Below are positions 52,755 to 61,248 of a stretch of 64,000 nucleotides of DNA, piece after piece (the stretch's first letter is position 1; each line of letters starts with the position of its first letter). Origin of the DNA: a bacterium (GTDB lineage Bacteria; UBP6; UBA1177; JAKLFG01). The DNA lies in the NCBI GenBank assembly GCA_022709425.1, contig JAKLIW010000013.1, positions 183 through 64,182 on the forward strand, given 5' to 3'. The notes below the pieces were generated by a model. It saw only the letters and a program-made list of their open reading frames with translations. It was not told where the DNA came from and did not search any database. Position numbers and translations under genes: made by a program.

Positions 52755-53423
52755 TCACTCATCCGGCAGCAGGGCATCGTCGTCAGAAGAGACTTCTTCG
52801 AGTTCTATTTTCACATCGATGTTGGTGCAGGTGTAGTAACCGAAGTCGCTTGGATCATAAGTACACTCTAACGGGACACTGACCTCTTTATCCTGATACC
52901 GGCCGTTCGTCGCGCCATCGATGTCCATGACCCCGAGCATCGCCGTGTCTTGGGGAGACAAACCACAGGACTCTTGCTCTTGAATGAAGAAAGTTCCGTC
53001 GCTGCCGCTCAACACCTGAGATGTCGATGAATATTCGCTCAACTGGTAGGTTATCGCTATACCCTCTATCGGCGAACCGCCCACAGCGCTGACCGCACCT
53101 TCGACATGGAACTCGACGGTCGGGCATCCGTACAAGGTATCCTCAAACTCCGGATCATCTCCGTCCTCGTCGGGCACTTCCGACTCACTGTCGAAACCCT
53201 CCGCGTCAACAGCATCCTTATCCGGCGGAGTATCTTCGTCGGGATCAACGGGCACATCGAAATCGTCGTCGGGCGTGATGGTTTCGTTCTCGGCGACATC
53301 CTCATCGACCGTGCCATCATCGAAATCGGTCTGTTCGATGCCGTAGAGCGGCGTGCTGTGGCAACTTGACGCAAGGAAGAAACTCACCGCCACGATCATG
53401 AGCCGGTAAAAGTGCTTGAGCAT
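52755..53423 (-). CDS. Lipoprotein resembling radical-SAM-associated putative lipoproteins (xYGxP + Ig-like domain)
   Basis: Real start MLKHFYRL (the track's 1056-aa ORF is antisense to secA); lipobox ASSC; TPLYG; acidic linker; LYGCPTVEFHVEGAVSAVGGSPIEGIAI. Confidence 0.75.
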   Translation of the reverse strand: MLKHFYRLMIVAVSFFLASSCHSTPLYGIEQTDFDDGTVDEDVAENETITPDDDFDVPVDPDEDTPPDKDAVDAEGFDSESEVPDEDGDDPEFEDTLYGCPTVEFHVEGAVSAVGGSPIEGIAITYQLSEYSSTSQVLSGSDGTFFIQEQESCGLSPQDTAMLGVMDIDGATNGRYQDKEVSVPLECTYDPSDFGYYTCTNIDVKIELEEVSSDDDALLPDE

Positions 53424-53463
53424 GACACCCACCCCATTCGCCGATTGCTTCGAAAACCATCCA

Positions 53464-53492
53464 CATAGTATCAGACCGGAAATGAAAGTCAA
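53464..53492 (-). repeat. 29-bp direct repeat copy 2, promoter of the lipoprotein gene
   Basis: Identical to 52281-52309; about 40 nt upstream of the ATG at 53423. Confidence 0.9.
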
Positions 53493-53573
53493 TCGTTCCT
53501 CCTTTTTACCTCTAAAATTGCTTTTTCCCCATTTTTTGGTTACCTGTGCTGAACATTTTCTTAGGAGTACGTC

Positions 53574-56288
53574 ATGTTCAAAACCATAGCGAGAAAGATA
53601 TTCGGGAGCGAGAACGACCGCTTCCTCAAGATGTGCCGTCCCTTCGTCGCCCGCACCAACGAACTCGAGGCCGAAACGGCGAAACTGACCCGCGGCGACA
53701 TGGTCAGCCGGTGCAACGACATCAAACAGCGGCTCATGAACGGCGAACCGATCGACCACGTCATCCCCGAGGTTTTCGCGATGGTCCGCGAGGCGGGCAA
53801 ACGGACCCTCAACATGCGCCACTACGATGTTCAGCTCATCGGCGGCATGGTCCTGCACAAAGGGAAGATCGCCGAGATGAAGACGGGCGAAGGTAAAACG
53901 CTCGTCGCTACTCTGGCGTTGGTCCTCAATGCCCTGTCGGGTAAGGGCTGTCACCTCGTCACGGTCAACGACTACCTCGCCCAGCGCGACGCCGAATGGA
54001 TGGGCAACATCTACAAATACCTCGGCCTCACGGTCGGCGTGGTCCTGCACGGTCTGTCCAACAAGGAAAAAAAGGACAACTACAACTGCGATATCACCTA
54101 CGGCACCAACAGCGAATTCGGCTTCGACTATCTGCGCGATAACATGAAGTACGATCTGGCCAACTATGTCCAGCGCGACCTTCATTTCGGCATCGTCGAC
54201 GAGGTCGACAGCATCCTCATCGACGAGGCGCGCACCCCGCTGATCATCAGCGGCCCGTCGGAGGATTCGACCGAACTCTATACCGTGGTCAATTCGATCA
54301 TGTACGGCCTCAGGGACGAGGTCCACTTCAAGCGCGACGAGAAGGCGAAGAGCGTCGTACTCAACGAGGACGGCGTCCACAAGGTGGAACAGCTCCTCAA
54401 GATACAGAATCTCTACGCCCCGGAGAATCTCCAGCTGGTCCACCATGTCCAGCAGGCGCTCAAGGCGCACTTCATGTTCGCCAAGGAGGTCGACTACATC
54501 CTGCGCGACAACCGCGTCATGATCGTCGACGAGTTCACCGGTCGCATCATGGAGGGGCGCCGCTGGTCCGACGGCCTCCATCAGGCGATCGAGGCCAAGG
54601 AGGGGGTCAAGGTCGAGAGCGAGAACCAGACGCTCGCCACCATCACCTACCAGAACTACTTCCGCATGTACAAGAAACTCGCCGGCATGACCGGCACCGC
54701 CGACACCGAGGCGGCCGAGTTCGCCGACATCTACAATCTCGGCGTCATCGTGATACCGACCAACCGCCCCACCATCCGTACCGACCACGGCGATGTCATC
54801 TTTAAGACGCGCCGGTCGAAGGAACAGGAGGTCATCAAGGAGATCCAGAAGCGGCATGAGGCGGGCCAGCCGGTACTGGTGGGCACCATATCGGTCGACA
54901 GTTCCGAGGTGTTCCGGCAGCTGCTCGAAAAGGCGCGGATACCGCACAATGTCCTCAACGCGAAGTTCCACCATAAAGAGGCCGACATCATCGCGCAGGC
55001 GGGCCGCAAGGGGGCCGTCACCATCGCCACCAACATGGCGGGTCGCGGTACCGACATCGTTCTGGGCGGCAACCCCGAAAAGCTCGCGAAGGCCGAACTC
55101 AACGGCTGGCTGGCGGGTCGCGAAGGGACGACGGAAGAAGAACTGAAGACGAAGTTCGACGAACTGGTCGAAAAATACCGTCCCATCTGCATCCGCGAAC
55201 GGGACGAAGTGGTCGCGGCGGGCGGCCTGCATATCGTCGGCACCGAACGCCATGAATCGCGCCGCATCGACAACCAGCTCCGCGGCCGGTCGGGCCGTCA
55301 GGGCGACCCCGGCTCGTCGCGCTTCTTCCTGTCGCTGGAGGACGATCTCCTGCGCATCTTCGGCGGCGAGAAGGTCTTCAACATCATGGACAAACTCGGG
55401 CTCGAAGAGGGCCAGCCCATCGAGCACCGCTGGATAACCAAAGCGATCGAGAACGCCCAGAAAAAGGTCGAAGGACACAACTTCAGCATCCGTAAACACG
55501 TTCTTGAATATGACGATGTGATGAACCAGCAGAGAAAGGCGGTCTATGCCCTGCGCCGCGATATCCTCACCGGCGGCGAGAAGAACCGCGAGACGGTCCT
55601 GTCGATGATCGAAGAGGTGACCAATTCGCTCGTCGGCAGTTCCATCCCCGAAGGGCAGTCGCCCGGTGCGTGGGACTGCGAAGCGGTCCGCGAACAGCTC
55701 GCCCGCGTCGTGATGATACCCCCTGAGACCTTCACCTTCGTTACGCCCGATGTGGCATTGAATGTGGAACGCGGCAAGGACCCCCGCACCGCGCTGGCTC
55801 AGGTAATATACGATTTCATGGTCGAACAGTACACCAAGAAGATGTCGCAATACACCCCGGAGCTCACCTTCGAACTGGAACGGCACGTCATTCTCGAGGT
55901 GCTCGATTTCTTCTGGCGCCGTCACCTATTGACGATGGACCATCTGCGCGAAGGTATCGGTCTGCGCGGCTACGGCCAGAAGAATCCGAAACTCGAATAC
56001 AAGCGCGAGGGCTTCAGTCTCTTCACCGAGATGATGTCCACCATCTACAGCGAATCGATCAAACGGCTCTTCGCGGTCCAGATCGTGACGCAGGAATCGC
56101 TGGAGAAGTTCGAGAAGAAGGAGGAGAAGCGGGAGCGCGAGATGCAGGCAGGAAGCGGTCCCAAGACGGCGGTCGCCAAAGAACCGGCCAAACGGATCGC
56201 GCCGAAGGTCAACCGCAACGATCCGTGCCCGTGCGGATCAGGCCAGAAATTCAAAAAATGCTGTATGGATAAAGGTATCTACGACTGA
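53574..56288 (+). CDS. secA: Preprotein translocase ATPase SecA
   Basis: EMKTGEGKTL, VTVNDYLA, DEVDSILIDEARTPLIISG, TNMAGRGTDI, ESRRIDNQLRGRSGRQGDPG, RNDPCPCGSGQKFKKCC. Confidence 0.98.
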   Translation: MFKTIARKIFGSENDRFLKMCRPFVARTNELEAETAKLTRGDMVSRCNDIKQRLMNGEPIDHVIPEVFAMVREAGKRTLNMRHYDVQLIGGMVLHKGKIAEMKTGEGKTLVATLALVLNALSGKGCHLVTVNDYLAQRDAEWMGNIYKYLGLTVGVVLHGLSNKEKKDNYNCDITYGTNSEFGFDYLRDNMKYDLANYVQRDLHFGIVDEVDSILIDEARTPLIISGPSEDSTELYTVVNSIMYGLRDEVHFKRDEKAKSVVLNEDGVHKVEQLLKIQNLYAPENLQLVHHVQQALKAHFMFAKEVDYILRDNRVMIVDEFTGRIMEGRRWSDGLHQAIEAKEGVKVESENQTLATITYQNYFRMYKKLAGMTGTADTEAAEFADIYNLGVIVIPTNRPTIRTDHGDVIFKTRRSKEQEVIKEIQKRHEAGQPVLVGTISVDSSEVFRQLLEKARIPHNVLNAKFHHKEADIIAQAGRKGAVTIATNMAGRGTDIVLGGNPEKLAKAELNGWLAGREGTTEEELKTKFDELVEKYRPICIRERDEVVAAGGLHIVGTERHESRRIDNQLRGRSGRQGDPGSSRFFLSLEDDLLRIFGGEKVFNIMDKLGLEEGQPIEHRWITKAIENAQKKVEGHNFSIRKHVLEYDDVMNQQRKAVYALRRDILTGGEKNRETVLSMIEEVTNSLVGSSIPEGQSPGAWDCEAVREQLARVVMIPPETFTFVTPDVALNVERGKDPRTALAQVIYDFMVEQYTKKMSQYTPELTFELERHVILEVLDFFWRRHLLTMDHLREGIGLRGYGQKNPKLEYKREGFSLFTEMMSTIYSESIKRLFAVQIVTQESLEKFEKKEEKREREMQAGSGPKTAVAKEPAKRIAPKVNRNDPCPCGSGQKFKKCCMDKGIYD

Positions 56289-57019
56289 TGAGTGAACCAC
56301 TCACCGTCCGTATCAACCGTTTTCTGGCCGAGTCGGGGGTCGCTCCGCGCCGCAAGGCCGATCTGCTGGTGGCGGCGGGCCGCGTCACACTCAACGGCCG
56401 CACGGCGGTCACCGGCGACAAGATCGATCCGACAAAGGACACGGTGACGGTCGATGGTGTCGCGGTCACCCGCACCGAAGAAAAGGTCTGGTATCTGCTC
56501 AATAAGCCCGAAGGGGTCATATCGGCCGTCACCGACCGGCGCGGCCGCAAAACGGTGGTCGACCTGCTTCCCCCCACGCCGGGGATATTCCCGGTCGGCC
56601 GGCTCGATCAGGAGGTCGAAGGGGTGCTCCTCCTCACCACCGACGGCGATCTCGCTCACCGCCTCACCCACCCCAGCTTCGGCATCGCGAAGGTCTACCG
56701 TGTGATCGTCGCGGGCTATTTTCCCGCCGACAAGATACGTCACATAAAAACGGGCGTGGAGATCGACGGCCACCTCTGCCGCGCCCGTGACGTGATCATC
56801 ACCGAGGAAAAACAAACCACCACCACCCTCGAACTGACCCTCAGCGAAGGACGCAAGCACGAGGTCAAGGAACTCATCAAAGGGGTCGACAGCCTGCTGT
56901 TGCACCTCGAACGCATCTCATTCGCAGGACTGACCGCGCAGGGTCTCAAACCGGGCCAGTTCCGCCGCCTCACCCCCGCCGAGGTCGAATTCCTCCGGAA
57001 ATTAACTTCTTCAAAATAA
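56288..57019 (+). CDS. RsuA/RluB-family rRNA pseudouridine synthase
   Basis: S4 domain RINRFLA..RRKAD..GRV; LLNKPEG; VGRLD; EGRKHEVK; LERISF. Confidence 0.92.
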   Translation: MSEPLTVRINRFLAESGVAPRRKADLLVAAGRVTLNGRTAVTGDKIDPTKDTVTVDGVAVTRTEEKVWYLLNKPEGVISAVTDRRGRKTVVDLLPPTPGIFPVGRLDQEVEGVLLLTTDGDLAHRLTHPSFGIAKVYRVIVAGYFPADKIRHIKTGVEIDGHLCRARDVIITEEKQTTTTLELTLSEGRKHEVKELIKGVDSLLLHLERISFAGLTAQGLKPGQFRRLTPAEVEFLRKLTSSK

Positions 57020-57040
57020 ATATGAGGAAAAATAAAAAAA

Positions 57041-57200
57041 GAACCCGCCGTGGCCGTGTCACCGACTCGTTTCTTACCTGTGCTTCACAGGTGGGGCATG
57101 TTCGGCCGCTACCTTTTTACAGTCACGGCACGGTGACCGCCCCAATAAGTAGTCACGGAAGAAACTACTTTCGCCAGCAGATCACGCACCCGGCAGGCTC
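57041..57200 (-). ncRNA. ssrS: Probable 6S RNA
   Basis: Ends pair (GAGCCUGCCG/CGGCGGGUUC); interrupted rod continues (GCUGGC/GUCGGU, GUUUCUU/AAGAAAC); central bubble with 3' hairpin ACCUGUG-AAG-CACAGGU; apical GGGGC/GCCCC stem. Consensus promoter puts +1 near 57200; U-tract follows the 3' end. Confidence 0.72.
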
Positions 57201-57205
57201 GGCTC

Positions 57206-57234
57206 ATTCTACGCCCATTATTCCCGGCTGTCAA
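57206..57234 (-). promoter_or_regulatory. Near-consensus sigma70 promoter of the ncRNA
   Basis: TTGACA-17 nt-TAGAAT. Confidence 0.82.
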
Positions 57235-57244
57235 CGGGTATCTT

Positions 57245-59002
57245 ATGGCGCGTAACCTCTACGAGCTTTTCGCGGAGAATCAGGGCCGTTGCGCCGGCCG
57301 GACCGCGCTCCACACCGTGAAGCGCGATGGCGCCGACGAGATGACCTACGCCGAAATGCACGACCGGGTCCTCCGCATCGCCGGAGCGCTCGCCGCGGCG
57401 GGCATCAATAAAGGTGATCGCGTGGTACTCCTGAGCGAGAACCGCGCCGAATGGTATATCTGCCTCTACGCCATCATGCGGGCCGGCGGCGTCGCGGTGC
57501 CGCTCTACACCACCGCCAGCGCCGAACAGCAGGACTACATCATCCGCGACTGCGGAGCCCGGTTCGGCTTCGTGTCGAAAGAGGCGCTCTACGACACCAT
57601 CCGCCGCCCGGCTGAAGAGTTCTTTGCCGGTACCGTCATATTCGACCCTGAAACGCAGCGGCCCGAACTGACGCCGCTCGACCGCTTCATGGCTCAGGGC
57701 GATCCCGCTTTCGACCCGGCGCAGGAACGGCCCGCCGCGTGGGAAGACACCGCCATCCTCATCTACACCTCCGGCACCACCGGTGAACCCAAAGGAGTGA
57801 TGCTTTCGCACCGCAACATCATCAGCGACGTCCTCATGCTCCAGCCGGTGCTTGCCTATATCACCGACCTGCGATACCTTTCGATACTGCCGCTGTCTCA
57901 CGCTTACGAATTCGCCGTCATCCAGACGGTCGTCTCGATGGGCGGCACCATCATCCCGGTCCCGGTCATGGCCAAAACGGTCGAATACATCGAAAAGGGC
58001 GGCCCGACCATCGCCTGCGCCGTCCCGCGCCTTTTCGAGAAGATCTACAACACCGTCCTGCGCAATGTCGGCAACGCCCATCCGGCGGTCCGGATGCTCT
58101 TCTACCGCGGCCTGCGACTCGGCGAGAAGATCTACCGCCACCTTGAGAAGAACGAACCGGTCCCCTTCCCCGCCAACCTGCTCTATCGGTTCTATCGTCG
58201 CATCGTGTTCGACAAGATACGCAACAAGACGGTCCGCACCATACAACTGTTCATATCGGGCGGCGCGGCGATACAGCCCGAGATCGTCCGCTTCTTCAAC
58301 ATCATCGGCACCCCCATCGTCGAAGGCTACGGCATATCCGAATGTTCCCCGGTGGTCAGCGTCAACATGCCCGACGACCGCGATGTGGGGACCGTCGGCC
58401 CGGCGCTCACGGGGCTCGATGTCCGCATCGCCCCCGACGGCGAGGTGATCGTGCGCGGCCCCATCGTCATGAGCGGTTACTGGAATAAGCCCGACGAGAC
58501 ACGCGCCGTGATGGACGACCACGGCTTTTTCCACACCGGCGACATCGCCGTGTGGACCGACAACAAGAAACTCAAGATCATCGGCCGGATGAAGGACATC
58601 ATCGTGATGGCTTCCGGCAAGAATGTCGCCCCCGCCAAGATAGAGAACATGCTCGCCGCCGACCCGTGGATAGATCAGGCGTGCGTGGTAGGCGACGAAC
58701 AGAAATACCTCGCGGCGCTCATCGTCCCCGACTTCGACCAGCTCAAGGTCTGGGCGAAGGACAACGGCATCGCGGCGGCCGACGAACGGGAACTTATCCA
58801 CCACCCCGCGTACAAGAAACTCATCAAGGAGAGCGTCGATAAGGTCAACCGGCAGATAGAGAGCCACGAGGCGCTCAAACGGTTCCACATCCATGAACGG
58901 CGCTTCACCGTCGAGGGGGGCGAACTGACCCCGACGCTCAAGCTCAAAAGACGCGAAATAACAAAAAAATACAAGGATATATTCGATAGTCTCTACAGTT
59001 AA
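57245..59002 (+). CDS. Long-chain acyl-CoA synthetase (FadD15-like AMP-binding enzyme)
   Basis: IYTSGTTGEPKGVMLSH, LPLSHAYE, EGYGISE, FHTGDI, GRMKDIIVMASGKNVAP, ELTPTLKLKR. Confidence 0.93.
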   Translation: MARNLYELFAENQGRCAGRTALHTVKRDGADEMTYAEMHDRVLRIAGALAAAGINKGDRVVLLSENRAEWYICLYAIMRAGGVAVPLYTTASAEQQDYIIRDCGARFGFVSKEALYDTIRRPAEEFFAGTVIFDPETQRPELTPLDRFMAQGDPAFDPAQERPAAWEDTAILIYTSGTTGEPKGVMLSHRNIISDVLMLQPVLAYITDLRYLSILPLSHAYEFAVIQTVVSMGGTIIPVPVMAKTVEYIEKGGPTIACAVPRLFEKIYNTVLRNVGNAHPAVRMLFYRGLRLGEKIYRHLEKNEPVPFPANLLYRFYRRIVFDKIRNKTVRTIQLFISGGAAIQPEIVRFFNIIGTPIVEGYGISECSPVVSVNMPDDRDVGTVGPALTGLDVRIAPDGEVIVRGPIVMSGYWNKPDETRAVMDDHGFFHTGDIAVWTDNKKLKIIGRMKDIIVMASGKNVAPAKIENMLAADPWIDQACVVGDEQKYLAALIVPDFDQLKVWAKDNGIAAADERELIHHPAYKKLIKESVDKVNRQIESHEALKRFHIHERRFTVEGGELTPTLKLKRREITKKYKDIFDSLYS

Positions 59003-59013
59003 GGGAGGGGGTT

Positions 59014-59247
59014 GTGGAGAGCAAGATGAAACTGGTGGCCACCGTCTTCGAGGTGAAGATCAAGCTCTATAACGACGGCGTCGCGGCGCCGAACTTCTTC
59101 GCGTTCTACCGCGAGAAGATGGGACAGTTCGACCTTGAGACGCTGGTGATGCTCGACGGCAACCTGCCGACGGCCACCGTCACCATCGTCACCGAATGGG
59201 CCGAAAATCACCGCGATGAACTCTGGGACGCATGGGAATCATTTTAG
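59014..59247 (+). CDS. Degenerate DUF4160-family protein
   Basis: Fits the DUF4160 pattern (F..KIKLY..P.F.A.Y..G.LP..V.EWA..H..EL...W), but the DHxPPHFH histidines are absent. Confidence 0.65.
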   Translation: MESKMKLVATVFEVKIKLYNDGVAAPNFFAFYREKMGQFDLETLVMLDGNLPTATVTIVTEWAENHRDELWDAWESF

Positions 59248-59336
59248 CCATCACCCATTTTTCTGTTGCTAAAAAATAAATTAGTATTATTCTTCTCTTA
59301 TACTGGGTTTTGAACAACTTCTTTGAGGGAGGTCGT

Positions 59337-61202
59337 ATGCGGGTGAAAAATATTTTGGTGTCCGGGGCTCTGATGCTCCTCATCTTTGTCGCCTGTTCGA
59401 CTGAAAAAAAGCCGGGATTCATCGCCGGAGGCTCCTGCGCCGATGAAAACGCGACCGTCTGCGACAGCGAGAAGATGACCATCCTGAAATGCGTATCGGA
59501 CGGCGCCGCGCTGGTATGGCAACCCTTGATCGATTGTCCCAAAGGCTGTAGCATGGCGACCGGTTCCGCCGAATGTATGTCCGACGGCACTTCCGATAAT
59601 GGGACGGACAAAGACGCCCTTACCCCCGATGCGGCCGACACCGTTGCCGATAAAGATATCGTTACCGACGGAAACATAACCGATGACCTCCTTAACGACA
59701 ACCCCGGCAATGATAACGCCGCCCCCGACGATCTGATCACCGACAACACCGTTCCTGACGACTCTGTTGTCGATGCTCCGGCCACCGATGACACCGTTAC
59801 TGACGATCCGACGATCACCGATGACACCGCCGCCGTAGATGATGCGACTTTCACCGACAGCGACACCGTCGGTGATGACACCGACAGCGGCGCCATTGTC
59901 GATACCGGCCTGTTCAACGATTCCGACATACCGGTCTTCTGTCTTGAACCGTGCGCCGGCATCGCCGACAACTGCCTCTCGCCGATGGATTCTGAGTCGC
60001 CCGCCTCCTGCGACGGACTCGACAACGATTGCGACGGCACCGTGGATGAAGGTTGTCCCTGCCGCACCGGCGCCGTTCAGCCCTGTTTCGCCGGCCCGCC
60101 CAATAAGCGCAACATCGGCGCCTGCACCGACGGCACGCAAACCTGCGAGAATGTCGGCGGCACGCTGAAATGGGGTGCCTGCACCGGCGGCATCGTCCCG
60201 TCGAACGAGGTGTGCGACTTCACCGACAACAACTGCGACGGGTGTGTCGACCGCACCGACTGTTGTGCGCCGCCGATCGACTGCTCCGGAACTATGCCCG
60301 ACGCACAGCCGTTCCAAGACTACGTGGTGGACGGCACCGCCTTCTACAGCGGCGGAGACGCTACGAGTTGGTCATGGGAACTCTCCAAGGGGCCCTGCGA
60401 CATCGTGAACGGCAAGGTCAGCTATACGATGAACGGCAACTTTGTGAGTCAGGCCACCACGACGGCGTCGTCGATGACGCTCAAGTTCTATCTCTCCGGG
60501 CAGTACACCCTCACCATGACGGCCCATACCCCGAGCGGCGACTACAGTTGCAGTTGGGTGATCCATGTGGTCGGTCCGGGACTGCGGGTCGAGATGTGCT
60601 GGGACACCACCACCTCAACCGATGTCGATCTGCACATGGGACGGCTGGTCAATGGTCTCGGCGGTTCAACGACGAGCGATTGGTTCTCCAATAGCAATAC
60701 CAGCGAAGACTGTTACTACGCGAACTGTTCGTCGACCTGGGACTATTCCGTCAACTGGGGCTACTCCAACTCTCCCCTCGCGGCCTGCTCGGGTAACCTT
60801 TATGGCGATTGGAGTTCCGAGGGGGCCTGCCCGAACCCCCGCATCGACATCGACAACTACACCAATATGAACGGGGTGGCCGAGAACCTCAATCTGGACA
60901 ATCCTAACGACGGCGACAAATTCCGTGTTTTCGTCCACTATTATGATGACGGCAAGCCCTTTGGAACAAGGGTCACCTACCCCGTGGTAAATGTCTATTG
61001 CGACGGCATCATGCTGGGTTCCTATGGGGTATCGCCGCAGGTCCAAGGATTCGATAAAAGCGGCGGCGATGACGGCGGAGACGGCTGGAAGGTCGTGGAT
61101 GTCACCACCGATGTCACCGCAGGCATCACCAGTTGCACGCTCGATCCGATCTTGAGCGGCAGTGCCTATGTGGTGGAGACCGGTCCTTTCTCGTGGCCGT
61201 AG
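59337..61202 (+). CDS. Multidomain Cys-rich lipoprotein (CDGxDNDCDG repeats, PKD-like, YfaP/DUF2135-like C-terminus)
   Basis: Lipobox FVAC; D/T tether; CDGLDNDCDGTVDE, CDFTDNNCDGCVD; WDTTTSTDVDLH..DIDN..ENLNL..FRVFVHYY. Confidence 0.8.
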   Translation: MRVKNILVSGALMLLIFVACSTEKKPGFIAGGSCADENATVCDSEKMTILKCVSDGAALVWQPLIDCPKGCSMATGSAECMSDGTSDNGTDKDALTPDAADTVADKDIVTDGNITDDLLNDNPGNDNAAPDDLITDNTVPDDSVVDAPATDDTVTDDPTITDDTAAVDDATFTDSDTVGDDTDSGAIVDTGLFNDSDIPVFCLEPCAGIADNCLSPMDSESPASCDGLDNDCDGTVDEGCPCRTGAVQPCFAGPPNKRNIGACTDGTQTCENVGGTLKWGACTGGIVPSNEVCDFTDNNCDGCVDRTDCCAPPIDCSGTMPDAQPFQDYVVDGTAFYSGGDATSWSWELSKGPCDIVNGKVSYTMNGNFVSQATTTASSMTLKFYLSGQYTLTMTAHTPSGDYSCSWVIHVVGPGLRVEMCWDTTTSTDVDLHMGRLVNGLGGSTTSDWFSNSNTSEDCYYANCSSTWDYSVNWGYSNSPLAACSGNLYGDWSSEGACPNPRIDIDNYTNMNGVAENLNLDNPNDGDKFRVFVHYYDDGKPFGTRVTYPVVNVYCDGIMLGSYGVSPQVQGFDKSGGDDGGDGWKVVDVTTDVTAGITSCTLDPILSGSAYVVETGPFSWP

Positions 61203-61248
61203 ATCCGCGGCGATGCGGAAGATCGATCATTGTAACAGGGAGGCATCC

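Noticed and set aside
53424-55925. N-terminal 834 codons of the 1056-aa ORF 52755-55925
   Set aside because: Antisense to secA. Only 52755-53423 has its own promoter, SD and signal peptide.
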